Shown here in pieces: positions 22,441-34,529 of a stretch of DNA of 64,000 nucleotides; position 1 is the stretch's first letter, and every line of letters begins with the position of its first letter. Made by a program: the position numbers and the translations under genes. Under the pieces are notes generated by a model. It was not told the DNA's origin, searched no databases, and saw only the letters and a program-made list of their open reading frames with translations. Source of the DNA: Octopus vulgaris (lineage: Eukaryota). The DNA is taken from assembly GCA_951406725.2 (NCBI GenBank), contig OX597816.1:153016001-153080000 (forward strand), written 5' to 3'.

Positions 22441-24769
22441 CAATTAAATCCTACCTGAAAGTGCACATTCTCAGGAAATGTTCTGAATCTTCTACACTTT
22501 CGGTCCTCAAAATGCACAAGGACAAATATATTTGTGAGTTATTAACATCACGCCAAAGGAATGAATAAAATGAGAGGGGAATTTCATCATATTTACACAA
22601 AAATGTTCAATTAAATATTCTTTTCTCTTTTTTTATTTTCCTCTTTTTCTTTCTTTTTCTTTTTGCTAGTTGCAAAATTGGAAATTGAAGACTGATGATG
22701 CCATTCCGTCAAAGTGGGATCGCAGGATTTCCTCATTCAAACTTTTGAATTTGAATTTCTGTATTCATTTTTACATTTTGAACTTGAATAAGACAGGCAA
22801 GCTGTGGAAATATCGTTCAAATCAATAAACAAACTATTTAAATCGCACTGCACTCTTTGTATTTTCTATTTACCTTCACAAAGAGTATGTCAATATTTTT
22901 AAAATTTTTAAATGATGATAATAATAATAATAATAATAATAATAATATATTGATGATAATTATGATGATGATGATGAAAACTGGAAGCCTTTAACTGAAG
23001 AGAAACTTAAATTCATATATTTCCATTTAATGACATTTAGTAAGTGACCTTTAAGTGTTTACATATTCGTTTCGTTTACTTGACATATCTGAGGCTATTT
23101 TTTACATTTTTTACTCTTGTTTTCATTCCATTTTCAGTTAGCAGATTTATGTACTTAGAACCAACGATTGTCAAGAAAGACATACCAGCGTTTTATTATT
23201 CAAAATTTTTTTTAATTATTTTTTTTATTTCGATCACATCCATGTCTGTTTCCATAGTAACAAGCCGAACATCAGAACTCTTTTGTCTGCAAGAAAGCAC
23301 GTGTTGACAAATATATTGAAACCACTTGTTGACGCTGTGTTCTATTATGTTTATCGCATGAAATGCATATCGAATGCTTAAATTTTTTTTTTTAATATTT
23401 ACTTTGTAATGTGCTGTTTATTGCATTAAATGCATATTGAATGCTTAAAATTACAAAAGACATGTTGTTTATTCATTTTCCGTGTGCAGAATACAAATTG
23501 ACAACATGAGCTATTTTCAGGATGTTGACAAAGTGTGCTGTCATGCACCAAATGACACATTCAGATTGTGTTTGCTGAATGGGTGAAAATGATCAAACTT
23601 TAAACCCCTATAACTTTTTTTTTTTAAATTCTGGAAAAAGTACTCCAGCAATTCAGCTCGGAAAACTACATTAATCTATCAAATTTTTAAATTTTCGATT
23701 AACTTTAATTTTTGAAACCTTGGCAGCCAAACAGAAAAGATCCTTTCATTTCCATGCTTCAATTCAGTGATCTGTATTAAATGTGTCTTTCTAATTTTGA
23801 AGAAGCATGATGTGATAGTAGAGAAATTCAATTGCCATTTCTAACAATCGATTGATTTCACAGAGTAGAAGCTCTCTCATTACCTCAAGGTATCTATTTC
23901 CTGTTTTCCAAGTTGTGTCACGGTGACATTGCGAGTTGTATGAACCATTAAAATAGAGCATCCAATTAAATTGCAAGTGCAAACAAATATACCAGTCGGT
24001 TGGTCGCTGGGAAAGTAGTATTGATGGAATATAGACCAATCGGTTGGTCCGTCAGTAGGTAGGTAGGTCGGTAGGTAGAGGGCCGTGAAGCAAGAGGTTC
24101 AGCTAATATAATAGTTTAGGGTGCGAAAAGCCAAGGAAAGACCTTTGAATTAGGAAAAAGGGAGGAGGAGAGAGGGGAGGAGGAGAAGAAGAAAAAGAAA
24201 ATCACCGACAAAACCATTGAATTTTGAATTGATCCTCCCTCTATCCCCATCGGGGTAGACTGAAAGTAAATCTTGCTCATCCTTGCAAAAGTTCTCTTGG
24301 AGATTCTGAATCAGATAGACTGGATTGGGTGTAAAGGTGGAAGAATACATGTTCCAAGTCCAAGAGGATCTGGTTACACTTTGCTCAGCAAGATGAGTCA
24401 TTACAGCCAGCAAAAGCCACTATGAGCATTGGGCAGTTGGCACCATCCTGGCCACCTCAGCCTGAGTAGGGTAGTGTGCAGGAAATTTCATCTGAGTGGA
24501 GGAAATGTGAACAAAAGGCGCTACTCTACTTAATAACATCTACAAGTTTGCCAGCCTGCAACTGTAGTCAGTATTGGCCACAATCCTCAAAAATATGACA
24601 GCCCAACTAGAGCAACAGCCTCAGTCCCCAGCAGTTCACATGTCAACAGCTATAAGAACGGTTATGCCCAATGAGAAAGCAGTGAGTTGCTATAAGTCTT
24701 TGGTTTTGAATAGACCCTCTCTGTAACTTTCATCACCTGCAAGATCTTCTGGTATGTAAGCAATATTAC

Positions 24770-25380
24770 CGTTGAAACTACTGTCAGTCAGAGCCTAGTT
24801 GCAGTAAGAGGCAGCAGCATCAAAAATCTCTTTGCTTGAAGACAAGCTGGAGATTCTTCTGCTGACGTCCTTAACTAGGTTCCTGGACACTATGGCTGGG
24901 TGGCAGGAACCTGTGTTAATGTAAGACAACTTCTCATATGGTTTCCTAAAGGGCCTATAGGCACCTGATTCCAGGTCTAGGGTCACATCAAGGAAATCTT
25001 CCATTTTCAGGTTGGTCTCTATAGTGACCTTCAGTCCAAAGGAGTTCATGGTGCTCGTTAGGTCCTTTCTGTGTCTATCTAGTGTGTGGCCATTAGCCCC
25101 TCTTGATATTGCCTGCACGTCGTCCCCATAGAGGCCAAAGCTAGTTGAAAGGAATTTCTTTTTTTGTATATCTAGGGTGAAGAAACTGACTAGGTCAGTT
25201 AAATTCACAATGTCAAAAGCATTCATTGCCCCATGTCAAAGGAGCCTCCTAGCCCGGTGCATTTGGTCCAAAGAGACCCCTTATTGAAGAGTAGGGTTCT
25301 TCTGGCATGTATGATAATGTGCGTGTCCTTGTTGACTTCAGTACGGGCCCTAGTGAAGTTCAGTGGCTTTTAGAGGAGAT
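24770..25380 (-). pseudogene. Penelope-like element RT fossil (Naiad/Chlamys-type motifs)
   Basis: IIIHARRTLLFNKGSLWTK, SFGLYGDD (GLYRDD-type), DFLDVTLDLESGAYRPFRKP...YINTGSCHP...RRISSLSSSKEIFDAAA; frameshift and stop present. Confidence 0.85.
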
Positions 25381-25435
25381 CTCTGGATATACAGGGGTAG
25401 ATATATTTTTATTTTAAGATATTTCAGATATAAGT

Positions 25436-25815
25436 GCAGAAGTGGCTGTGTGGTAAGAAGCTTGCTTCCTAACTACATGGTTCTGGGTTCAGTCCCACTG
25501 CGTGACACCTTGAGTAGTGTCTTCTATTATAGCGTCAGGCTGACCAAAGCCTTGTGAGTGGATTTGGTAGATGGAAACTGAAAGAAGCCCATTGTATATA
25601 TATGTACGTACTTGTGTGTCTGTATTTGTCCCCCTGCCATTGCTTGGCAATTGATGTTGGTATGTTTACATCCCCATGACTTATCAGTTCAGCAAAAGAG
25701 ACCAATAGAATAAGTATTAGGCTTACAAAGAATAAGTCCTGGGGTCAATAAGTTCAATTAAAGGCAGTGCTCCAGCATGGCCACAGTCAAATAACTGAAA
25801 GAAGTAAAAAAAGAG
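25436..25815 (+). mobile_element. Abundant tRNA-derived SINE, full length
   Basis: tggctgtgtggtaagaagcttgcttcc...ggttcagtccc head; ccttgtgagtggatttggtaga.ggaaactgaaagaagccc core; ccagcatggcc.cagtc...actgaaa tail. Other copies at about 12533-12655(-), 27188-27352(+), 31720-31910, 34280-34480 and 63900-64000. Confidence 0.85.
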
Positions 25816-25827
25816 TATATGTATATT

Positions 25828-25860
<33 letters not shown>

Positions 25861-26015
25861 ATAATAGTTATCGCCATACTAATATGGCATTCTTATAAAA
25901 ATAAGAAAAAAGCTGTCCGCTTATTAGCTCCATGAGGCCATCGCCTTAAGTTAGCTATTTGATACACAAACTGTATCCATATAACCTTCGAACAAGGGAG
26001 GTCAGTCGCTCCACA

Positions 26016-26086
26016 CTACTTGACCGGCAGCTACAGACGCGTTTCAGGGTATTGCCCCTTTTCAATGCAGCGTAGCCAGCCAGTAG
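26016..26086 (-). ncRNA. Extended type-I hammerhead ribozyme, U3:A8 variant
   Basis: Reverse complement of 26475-26545. Confidence 0.8.
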
Positions 26087-26474
26087 GTGTCGCTTCCGAC
26101 AATCTCTGTTCGATGGTTTTATTTACCTAGTTTCGGTGGAATACATCCACTTGTTTTCAATAATAGAAATATTAAAATAACTAAGTCTCTCTAAAAGAGA
26201 ACAGCGGCAGCGTTCCGGAAAATAATAGTTATTGCCATACTAATATGGCATTCTTATAAAAATAAGAAAAAAGCTGTCCGCTTATTAGCTCCATGAGGCC
26301 ATCGCCTTAAGTTAGCTATTTGATACACAAACTGTATCCATATAACCTTCGAACAAGGGAGGTCAGTCGCTCCACACTACTTGACCGGCAGCTACAGACG
26401 CGTTTCAGGGTATTGCCCTTTTTACCGAAACTAGGTAAATAAAACCATCGAACAGAGATTGTCGGAAGCGACAC

Positions 26475-26545
26475 CTACTGGCTGGCTACGCTGCATTGAA
26501 AAGGGGCAATACCCTGAAACGCGTCTGTAGCTGCCGGTCAAGTAG
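26475..26545 (+). ncRNA. Extended type-I hammerhead ribozyme, U3:A8 variant
   Basis: CUACU-GGCUGGC-UAC-GCUGCA-UUGAAAA-GGGG-CAAUA-CCCU-GAAA-CGCG-UC^UGUAGC-U-GCCGGUC-A-AGUAG; predicted cleavage after 26525. Confidence 0.8.
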
Positions 26546-26836
26546 TGTGGAGCGACTGACCTCCCTTGTTCGAAGGTTATATGGATACAGTTTGTGTATC
26601 AAATAGCTAACTTAAGGCGATGGCCTCATGGAGCTAATAAGCGGACAGCTTTTTTCTTATTTTTATAAGAATGCCATATTAGTATGGCGATAACTATTAT
26701 TTTCCGGGAACGCTGCCGCTGTTCTCTTTTAGAGAGACTTAGTTATTTTAATATTTCTATTATTGAAAACAAGTGGATGTATTCCACCGAAACTAGGTAA
26801 ATAAAACCATCGAACAGAGATTGTCGGAAGCGACAC

Positions 26837-26907
26837 CTACTGGCTGGCTACGCTGCATTGAAAAGGGGCAATACCCTGAAACGCGTCTGTAGCTGCCGGT
26901 CAAGTAG
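26837..26907 (+). ncRNA. Extended type-I hammerhead ribozyme, U3:A8 variant
   Basis: Identical motif 362 nt downstream; predicted cleavage after 26887. Confidence 0.8.
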
Positions 26908-27094
26908 TGTGGAGCGACTGACTCCTTGTTCGAAGGTTATATGGATACAGTTTGTGTATCAAATAGCTAATATCATGGAGCTAATAGCGGACAGCTTTTT
27001 CTTATTTTTATAAGAATGCCATATTAGTATGGCGTAATATTATTTTCCGGGAACGCTGCCGCTGTTCTCTTTTAGAGAGACTTAGTTATTTTAA

Positions 27095-27141
<47 letters not shown>

Positions 27142-27604
27142 TTTATCCCATAATTAGTGGCCTGGTGCCCTGGTTAAAAGGATTATAGGTACAGGCATGG
27201 CTTTGTGGTAAGGAATTTGCTTTCCAACATCATGGTTCTGGGTTCAGTCTCACTGCATGGCACATTGGACAAGTGCCTTCTACTATAGCCTTAAGCTAAC
27301 GAAAACCTTGTAAGTGGAGTTGGTAGGTGGAAACTGAAAGAAGCTGTTGCATGCATATATATATGTTTTTTCTGTGTCCCTTTCTGTAGAAGAGCGTAGG
27401 CTTGAAACGTAAAAGACTTTTTCTATTCCTGAGCGTTATACTAATACATCTGTTTGTTTTGTACACCACCTGTCTTTGTCTTTTTCGTAAACTCTCCCTA
27501 TATACATACACACACACACTTTATCAATAAAGCATATTACTTTACCTCTGGTATTCGAGTACTATTTTTTCTACCTTGTTTCACATTTACATACTTACTA
27601 TGGT

Positions 27605-27930
27605 ATATCATCATCATCATCATAATCATTGTTTAACGTCTGCTTTCCATGCTAGAAAGCTAGGCGGCTGCACCAGGCTCCTGTGTTTCTACAGCTGGAT
27701 GCCCTTCCTAACGCCAACCATTCCGAGAGTGTAGTTGGTGCATTTTTACATGTCACCAGTACAGAAGACATAGGGGGCTGGCATCAACCAATGATCGGAT
27801 GGTGCTTTTTACATGCTACCAGCATGGGAGCCAGTCAAAGCGACACTGGCATCGACCATGTTTGGATGGTACTTTTGATATGCCTCCGGCACAGGGACCA
27901 TAAGTACAATTTCCACTTGATTGTGATTTG
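27605..27930 (-). mobile_element. Dispersed repeat with (GAT)n tail and ggaagggcatccagc.gta motif (probably RTE-mobilised)
   Basis: Same family at about 31225-31447(+), 40656-41100(-), 42254-42520(-), 52025-52270(-), 58800-59115(+) and 62880-63100(+). Confidence 0.7.
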
Positions 27931-27952
27931 ATTTAATTTGATTTTGATTTTG

Positions 27953-28013
<61 letters not shown>

Positions 28014-28017
28014 CATA

Positions 28018-29294
28018 CACAGACATGCAGGAAGTAAATAGACACCTTTAATTTTCAAAATCTTTTATTTAATATGCAAAGTGAACAATTGAAATGTAAT
28101 TGATAGGTAGGACTACATACATTAGTATTTAGTTGACTTTCCCTTTGCAGTTTTTAATTCAGAAACTCTTTTTGGGATAGAATTGATGAGCTTTGTAATT
28201 GTCTCTTTTGGAATTTCTGCCCACTTTTCATGCAACAATCGAAACAATTCATCTTTAGATTTAGGTTTCTGTTGAGTTTTTCATATAGCTCTATCTAGTA
28301 TACTCCAAAGATTTTCAATTGGGTTAATGTCAGGAGATTGGCTCGGCCAAGGAAGCCTTTTGATCCTATTTTCAGTCAACAATTGTTGATTCCTTTTCAC
28401 TGTGTGGCATGGAGCCCCACCTTCCATGAATAAAATCTTATTTCTCATTATGTTATCGTGTGAATACATTGGAAGCAGTCCTTGCTTAAGTATTTCGATG
28501 TATTTTTCAGAGTTTATGGTTCCAACACATTCGATCAGCTCAGAATGACCATTGCTGGTGACAGTTCCCCATACCATTACAAAGATACTGCCATGTTTCA
28601 CAGTTGGTTGGTGTTGTTTCAAATCAAATTCTTGATTGGGAAGCCTCCAGACCCAAACATGTCCACTGTCTGAAAATAATGCAAATCTGGATAATTCTGA
28701 GAAAATTGCTCCAACTCAAAATGAACTGGATTTTTCTGACATCTCCTCAGCCCATTTCTTTCTTTTCATGATATTAATTGGTTGAAGGAGAGGTTTTCTT
28801 CTAGCTGCTCGTCCATAATACCCAAGCTTATGCAGATAAATAACACATGTTCTTGGACTAACTTCTATCTGTTTTGCAATGTCAGCAGCCTTCGAACAAG
28901 GTTCATTTTCCACAATTCTCTTCAAACAGTGTAGCTTCCTTTCCGAGGGCCCAGGTTAGCCAGGACGAGAATCTGTTGATTCTTTTCCCTGGCTTTTGAA
29001 TTGCACTATAATTCTATTAACAGTAGCAAGAGGAATTTGATGATTTTCGGCAATTTTTCGCTGGCTAAGACCAGCCTCAGATTGCCCAACAATATGACCT
29101 CTTTGAAAATCCGACAGTTCTGCTGAATTTTTTGAGCATGGCATGGTTACTCTTCGCAAATATTTAATATAATGGCACCTGGAATGAAAAAGAATAATTA
29201 CATTGTTAATTCTATACTGCTGAAAACATATTAAGATGCTTAGATCAGAAATTTTGAAAATTAAAGGTGTCTATTTACTTCCTGCATGTCTGTG
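28018..29294 (-). mobile_element. Full-length, defective Tc1-family transposon
   Basis: TIRs of about 43 bp (cacagacatgcaggaagtaaatagacacctttaattttcaaaat) with TA TSD. Frameshifted transposase [20 protein letters not shown]...ARRKPLL...VMVWG...WPSQSPDINPIENLW; the first two catalytic Asp positions appear mutated. Confidence 0.92.
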
Positions 29295-29304
29295 TATATA
29301 TAAA

Positions 29305-29884
29305 TTGAAAGGTATAATGAATAAATGCTCCAATTGGTCAAAAAATATAGATAAACATTAAAACAATAGGGCATCCAATGGCAAAACCAATAGTATAAAA
29401 TATACACATATACACGAATGAAAGGTGATGAAACCTAAAAGGGTAATACGAGTGAAATCGAATGAAGAAAAATAATTGTAATAAATTAATGCATAATAAA
29501 GACAACTAATGATGTGAAGCAGCATCCTTTGAAATGATTGTAGAGATGGGCTTGAATGGACTCTGTTCTGGTTACCTTACACTTTATTTTTTATGTTTAT
29601 ATTTTTGTATTTTTATATAATTATCTTATTTTAATTCCATTGTCTTAAATTTTTAGTCGCTTTTATTATGCATTAATTTATTGCATTTATTTTTCGTCAT
29701 TTTACTTTACTTGAATTACCCTTTTAGGTTGCATCACCTTTTATTCAAGTATATTTTATACTGTTGGGTTTTACTATTGGGTGCCCTATCATTTTAATAT
29801 ATATTTATATTCAAATTTTGATAATTTGGGATTGATATAAAGTTGTTTTGACCGATTGGAGTGTTTATTCATTATACCTTTCAA
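29305..29884. repeat. Inverted repeat (arms about 29305-29510 and 29653-29884)
   Basis: ttgaaaggtataatgaataaa...aacctaaaagggtaat is mirrored by attacccttttaggtt...tttattcattatacctttcaa. Confidence 0.85.
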
Positions 29885-30019
29885 TATATTTCTCCTTTTG
29901 CCTCTGTGTCACCTGGGAACTTCCAGCTGCAGTCCTATTTTCATTTTTGTTTTTCGTTTTAACGAAATTGCTTTTTGATTTAATGAAATTATAGAATTAT
30001 CCTCTTATACACACACATA

Positions 30020-30961
30020 TATATTTGAAAAAATGAGAAGAGATGACTTTTTTTGGTGGGATGATTTTTATTTTATCTTAATAATAAAGTTTACAGTGAG
30101 TTACTCTGATATGAGCTTCGAGCTTCAAGTATTTTCAAATTGAAAAAATGCATGTTTTACTGGTTGCTTAAAATAGCAAAAGAATTTTTCTTATAAGCAT
30201 ACATACAATATATATTTATTTATATATATATGTACAATATATAATATAATATAATATATATATATAAATCACAATAAAGATAAGACTAATAGTAATTGAG
30301 AACAGTGGGGAGGAGAGTTAAGTCCATCAAGAATAAAGAAATGGAATATTTTGGAGTGGTCAATATTGTTCTTGTCAAAAGATATGTTTGTATATGTATA
30401 GATATATAGTTATATATAGATATATGTATATGTGTGTGTATATATGTGTACACCATACTACCTGTGAGAACTGAATAGGTGACCTCAAATCAATAGGCAC
30501 CATATAGGTCATCTTTTGACAAGAACATAATATTGGCCACTCTAAAATATTCCATTTCTTTATTCTTGATGAACTTAACTCTCCACCCCACTGTTCTCAA
30601 TTACTATTAGTCTTATCTTTATTTTGATTTTTATTTATATATTTATTTCTAGTTTTTTCTTTATTTCATTTACCTTTTTCTTCTTCTTATCCTTCTCTCT
30701 TCATTCTTGTTGTTGCTGTTCTTCTTCCTCCTCGTCATGTATGTATATATACTCTTTACTCTCTTTTACTCTTTTACTTGTTTCAGTCATTTGACTGCGG
30801 CCATGCTGGAGCACCGCCTTTAGTCAAGCAAATCGACCCCGAGACATATTCTTTGTAAGCCCAGTACTTATTCTATCGGTCTCTTTTGCCGAACCGCTAA
30901 GTGACGGGGACGTAAACACACCAGCATCGGTTGTCAAGCAATGCTAGGAGTACAAACACAG

Positions 30962-30992
<31 letters not shown>

Positions 30993-31192
30993 CATATATA
31001 CGACAGGCTTCTTTCAGTTTCTGTCTACCAAATCCACTCACAAGGCATTGGTCGGCGCGAGGCTATAGCAGAAGACACTTGCCCAAGATGCCATGCAGTG
31101 GGACTGAACTCGGAACCATGTGGTTGGTTAGCAAGCTACTTACCACACAGCCACTCCTGTGCCTACCCACACAGCCACTCCTGCACCTACAT

Positions 31193-31228
<36 letters not shown>

Positions 31229-31448
31229 GTATGTATGTATTTTTTGCCAGACTTGTCTGGCACCTGTGCCGGTGGCACGTAAAAAGCACCCACTACACTC
31301 ACGGAGTGGTTGGCGTTAGGAAGGGCATCCAGCCGTAGAAACATTGCCAGATCAGACTGGGCTTGGTGCAGCCTTCTGGCTTCCCAGACCCTAGTTGAAC
31401 CGTCCAACCCATGCTAGCATGGAAAGCGGATGCTAAACGATGATGATG

Positions 31449-31479
<31 letters not shown>

Positions 31480-31673
31480 GTGTGTGTGTGTATACTTGTA
31501 AGAAAAAATCTTTTGCTATTTAAGCAACCAGTAAAACATACATTTTTCAGTTTGAAAACACCTACTTGAAGCTCGAAACTCTTATCAGAGTAACTCAATG
31601 TAAACATTAAGATTAAAATAAAAATTATCCGCCCCTCCCCAAGCCATCTCTACTAATTTTTTTTTCAAATATA
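30020..31673. repeat. Outer inverted repeat (30020-30202 / 31490-31673) enclosing an inner IR (30273-30382 / 30512-30623) and SINEs
   Basis: Direct reverse-complement matches of both arm pairs. Confidence 0.8.
30770..31190 (-). mobile_element. Full-length copy of the abundant tRNA-derived SINE (5' end tandemly duplicated)
   Basis: Reverse complement of the 25436 family; ccacacagccactcctg occurs twice at the head. Confidence 0.85.
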
Positions 31674-33846
31674 TATATAATACTGTACCATGAACTTTTC
31701 TTTTATTATTCTACTATGTGTGTGTGTCACCACCGCTGACAACCGGTGTTGACGTGTTTATGTCCCTGTAACTTAGCAGTTCGGCAAAAGAAACCGATAG
31801 AATAAGTACCAGACTTTAGAAAAAGTAATGGGTTCGATTCAATCTACTAAAAAATTCTCTGAGATGCTCCAGCATGGCCGCAGTCTAATGACTGAAACAA
31901 GTAAAAAATAAAAGAGATATACATATGTATATATCTGGAACCACGAAATACAACTGTTTCGTTTCGTTTCGTTTTTCCATTCGCGATTTTCAGCTACCAT
32001 TATAAACACTTAAGTGTATTGCACGTGCATTAGCATGTGCTTGCCAACAAGTGGCTTCCACTATCAACGTTGCATCTCTTCCTTTCTCCCACACTCTCTC
32101 TCTTGTTTGTTTTGTCCTCGGTCACTGTTGCACACTCATTTTTTTTATTTTCTACATTTCTGTCTTTTTTTTTAATGGAATTAATGATTCTCAACCCGTC
32201 TATCATTTCCAACGACTATTCAACAAAAACATTATCGGTACTCCCTCGAAGATAAACAGTCATTTTTTTCTTCCCCCGTCGATGCTTCTTCTCTGGAAAT
32301 ACTCCGCAGCTGTACTGTGTTATGCGGGTCGCAGAAACATTTTAATGGTGTCTCCAACTCCAAGTAAGTAAAGAAAAGAAAGGTAAAAAAAATAAGCTTT
32401 TACTCCTATTTTAAGTCCTCTGTATTTGGTGTTCAAAGTAATTGTTATTTTATATATTTGAAAGATGCTTAAATGTATTATTATTTTATCTATTTAATTG
32501 TACAACTGGGTCAAATTTCCGGTACTAGTGGGATACAAGGGTCCCGAAATATTGTCTTAACGATACAAGGGGCCCGACTCGACTTCCGAAATATAGACTT
32601 AACGATGCAAGTTTTGTGTAACATGCAGTGTTATTGTTTAATAACGTAATGAATTTTAATAAAATATAAGCTATATGTTTCTCTTAAGTTGCAAAATGTT
32701 TAGAAATAAAATATGTACAAAGCAATGTTTTGTGACGGGCCGCCCAAAGCTGGTAAATATGACCTAGCCATGTGTGATATTAGGCCCTATATTTCGAACT
32801 GCTCATAAAATACTTTCATTAGTCAATGTTTAATATAATACATAGACTGGGATATTGATAAGTATATGAAGTGTCATGATTTACTAACAAAACACTAGAA
32901 GGTAAAGTTGTCGAACGTAAACAAAACGAAAGGTACGATATAGAAACGACATTCTCCATTCATCCAATTTACAAATCACAAATTTACGTCAGTAACTACT
33001 AAAATTAATTAAACTGAGTTAATAACTGTTTATGGTATATTTTAGAGACAAATAAGAAAAACAGCACACCTGAGAAATTTTATAGATATTCGTGAAGTCC
33101 ATTCGTTTGGTGTAAATACGGTAAAATTTTATCGTAGTAAATATTGTATGAGGTTGCTGTGATTACTGAGACTAATGAGACTGAATTAATTAGTTTATAG
33201 TATATTTTATAAACAATAAAAGGCGAAGGTAAAGAATACGCACACGTGCTGGTTAGGGTCTTTATTACGCTGAAAACGGGTGGTCAGTGTGTTCAGAAAG
33301 ACTTTTTTTTTTTCAGATATTCGGGGATTTCAGTATAACAATTTGTTGGATAATTATTACCAAAGCGTCCTGCTTGTCTTTATCAGGAGTATGTCATCTC
33401 AAAAGCGTAGGCTCATGCCAACTGGTCCACCTACCTCAACTCCTGTCTTGCCTGGTGACAAGTATAATTGGAAAATAATAGTAGTATAAATATTTTGATT
33501 CGATTTGTTCGTCTTGTATGCAGTGGCCTAGGAACGAAATTTGCTTAGGGGGTGCAAACTCACGTCCAAAGTTTTTTTACAAACAAGGCCGATATTTTTT
33601 CAATCTTAATATCAAAACAAACACAGGTATAATAGTACTTTTAATTATTATGCATGGAAAAGGGCAATCGCTCAGATTGAGCCTCAGAATTGTTACTTTC
33701 GTTCATTCCTTTCAGTGAAAAACTTAGCTAGGATTTGGAAGTACGTGTTGTCAACTGTAAACACTCGTGTCGAGGTGGAAGAGGAGTGACAGAAGACGTG
33801 TGTGTGTATATTTATATATGTACGTGTATATCAGATCTTGTATATA

Positions 33847-34529
33847 TCTATGTAAAATTCGATATCTTAGTATAAAACTGAGCATATGTGTGAATCCCTA
33901 GAACTCGAGAACCGATTTCATTCAAATTTTACACATGCCTTACTTAGAGTCCATGCAGTGCTACGACCCCCCCCCCCCAACTTCTTGCCTAATGCGAGCC
34001 CGCAGCAATCTCTTTATCTTTTACACTGTTGTCAAAAGTGAAACAGTAACATCTCTGTTTTAATGTGATTTACTTTGTTCTCATACTGAAACAATTATAT
34101 ACTTTCACTATTAATACTGAAACTATTATCTCACATATACAAACACACACACACACACACATATGCATGTATAGATGTGTATATACATCTGCATATATGT
34201 ATGTATATAGATGTATATGTATACATGCATATGCACATATATGTATGCATATATATGTATAGATGTATGTATATATATATATAATGTGTGTGTATACCCC
34301 CACCACCGCTTGACAACCGATTTTGCTGTGTTTACATACACTGTAACTTAGCGGTTTGTAAAACACTCTGATAGAACAAGTACTAGGCTTACAAAGAATA
34401 AATAATGGTGTCGAGTTCTTCGACTAAAGCTGGTGCTCCAGCATGCCTGTAGTCACATGACTGAAACAAGTAAAACAATAAAAAAAACTATGCCATTTAA
34501 TTCCGAGCAACGCCGGGTATCTCTGCTAG
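33847..34529 (+). mobile_element. Non-autonomous Helitron-like element with nested microsatellite and SINE
   Basis: 5' TC...agtataaaac, ccgatttcattcaaatttt.acaca motif, 3' ccgagcaacgccggg hairpin followed by CTAG|T. Confidence 0.55.

Larger units (their letters stand above)
25861..27103. mobile_element. Tandem and inverted array of a 361/362-bp hammerhead-containing unit (non-LTR retrozyme-like)
   Basis: Units 25861-26221 and 26222-26422 in one orientation, 26424-26785 and 26786-27103 in the other; near-identical; embedded in (TA)n on both sides. Confidence 0.9.

Noticed and set aside
25861-27103. CRISPR-like array or simple satellite interpretation
   Set aside because: Units are 361/362 bp with no unique spacers, the context is eukaryotic, and the ribozyme motif explains the repeat better.
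31545-31595. TTGAAAA...GAAA as another U3:A8 hammerhead
   Set aside because: No convincing stem I or II in either arm of the inverted repeat.
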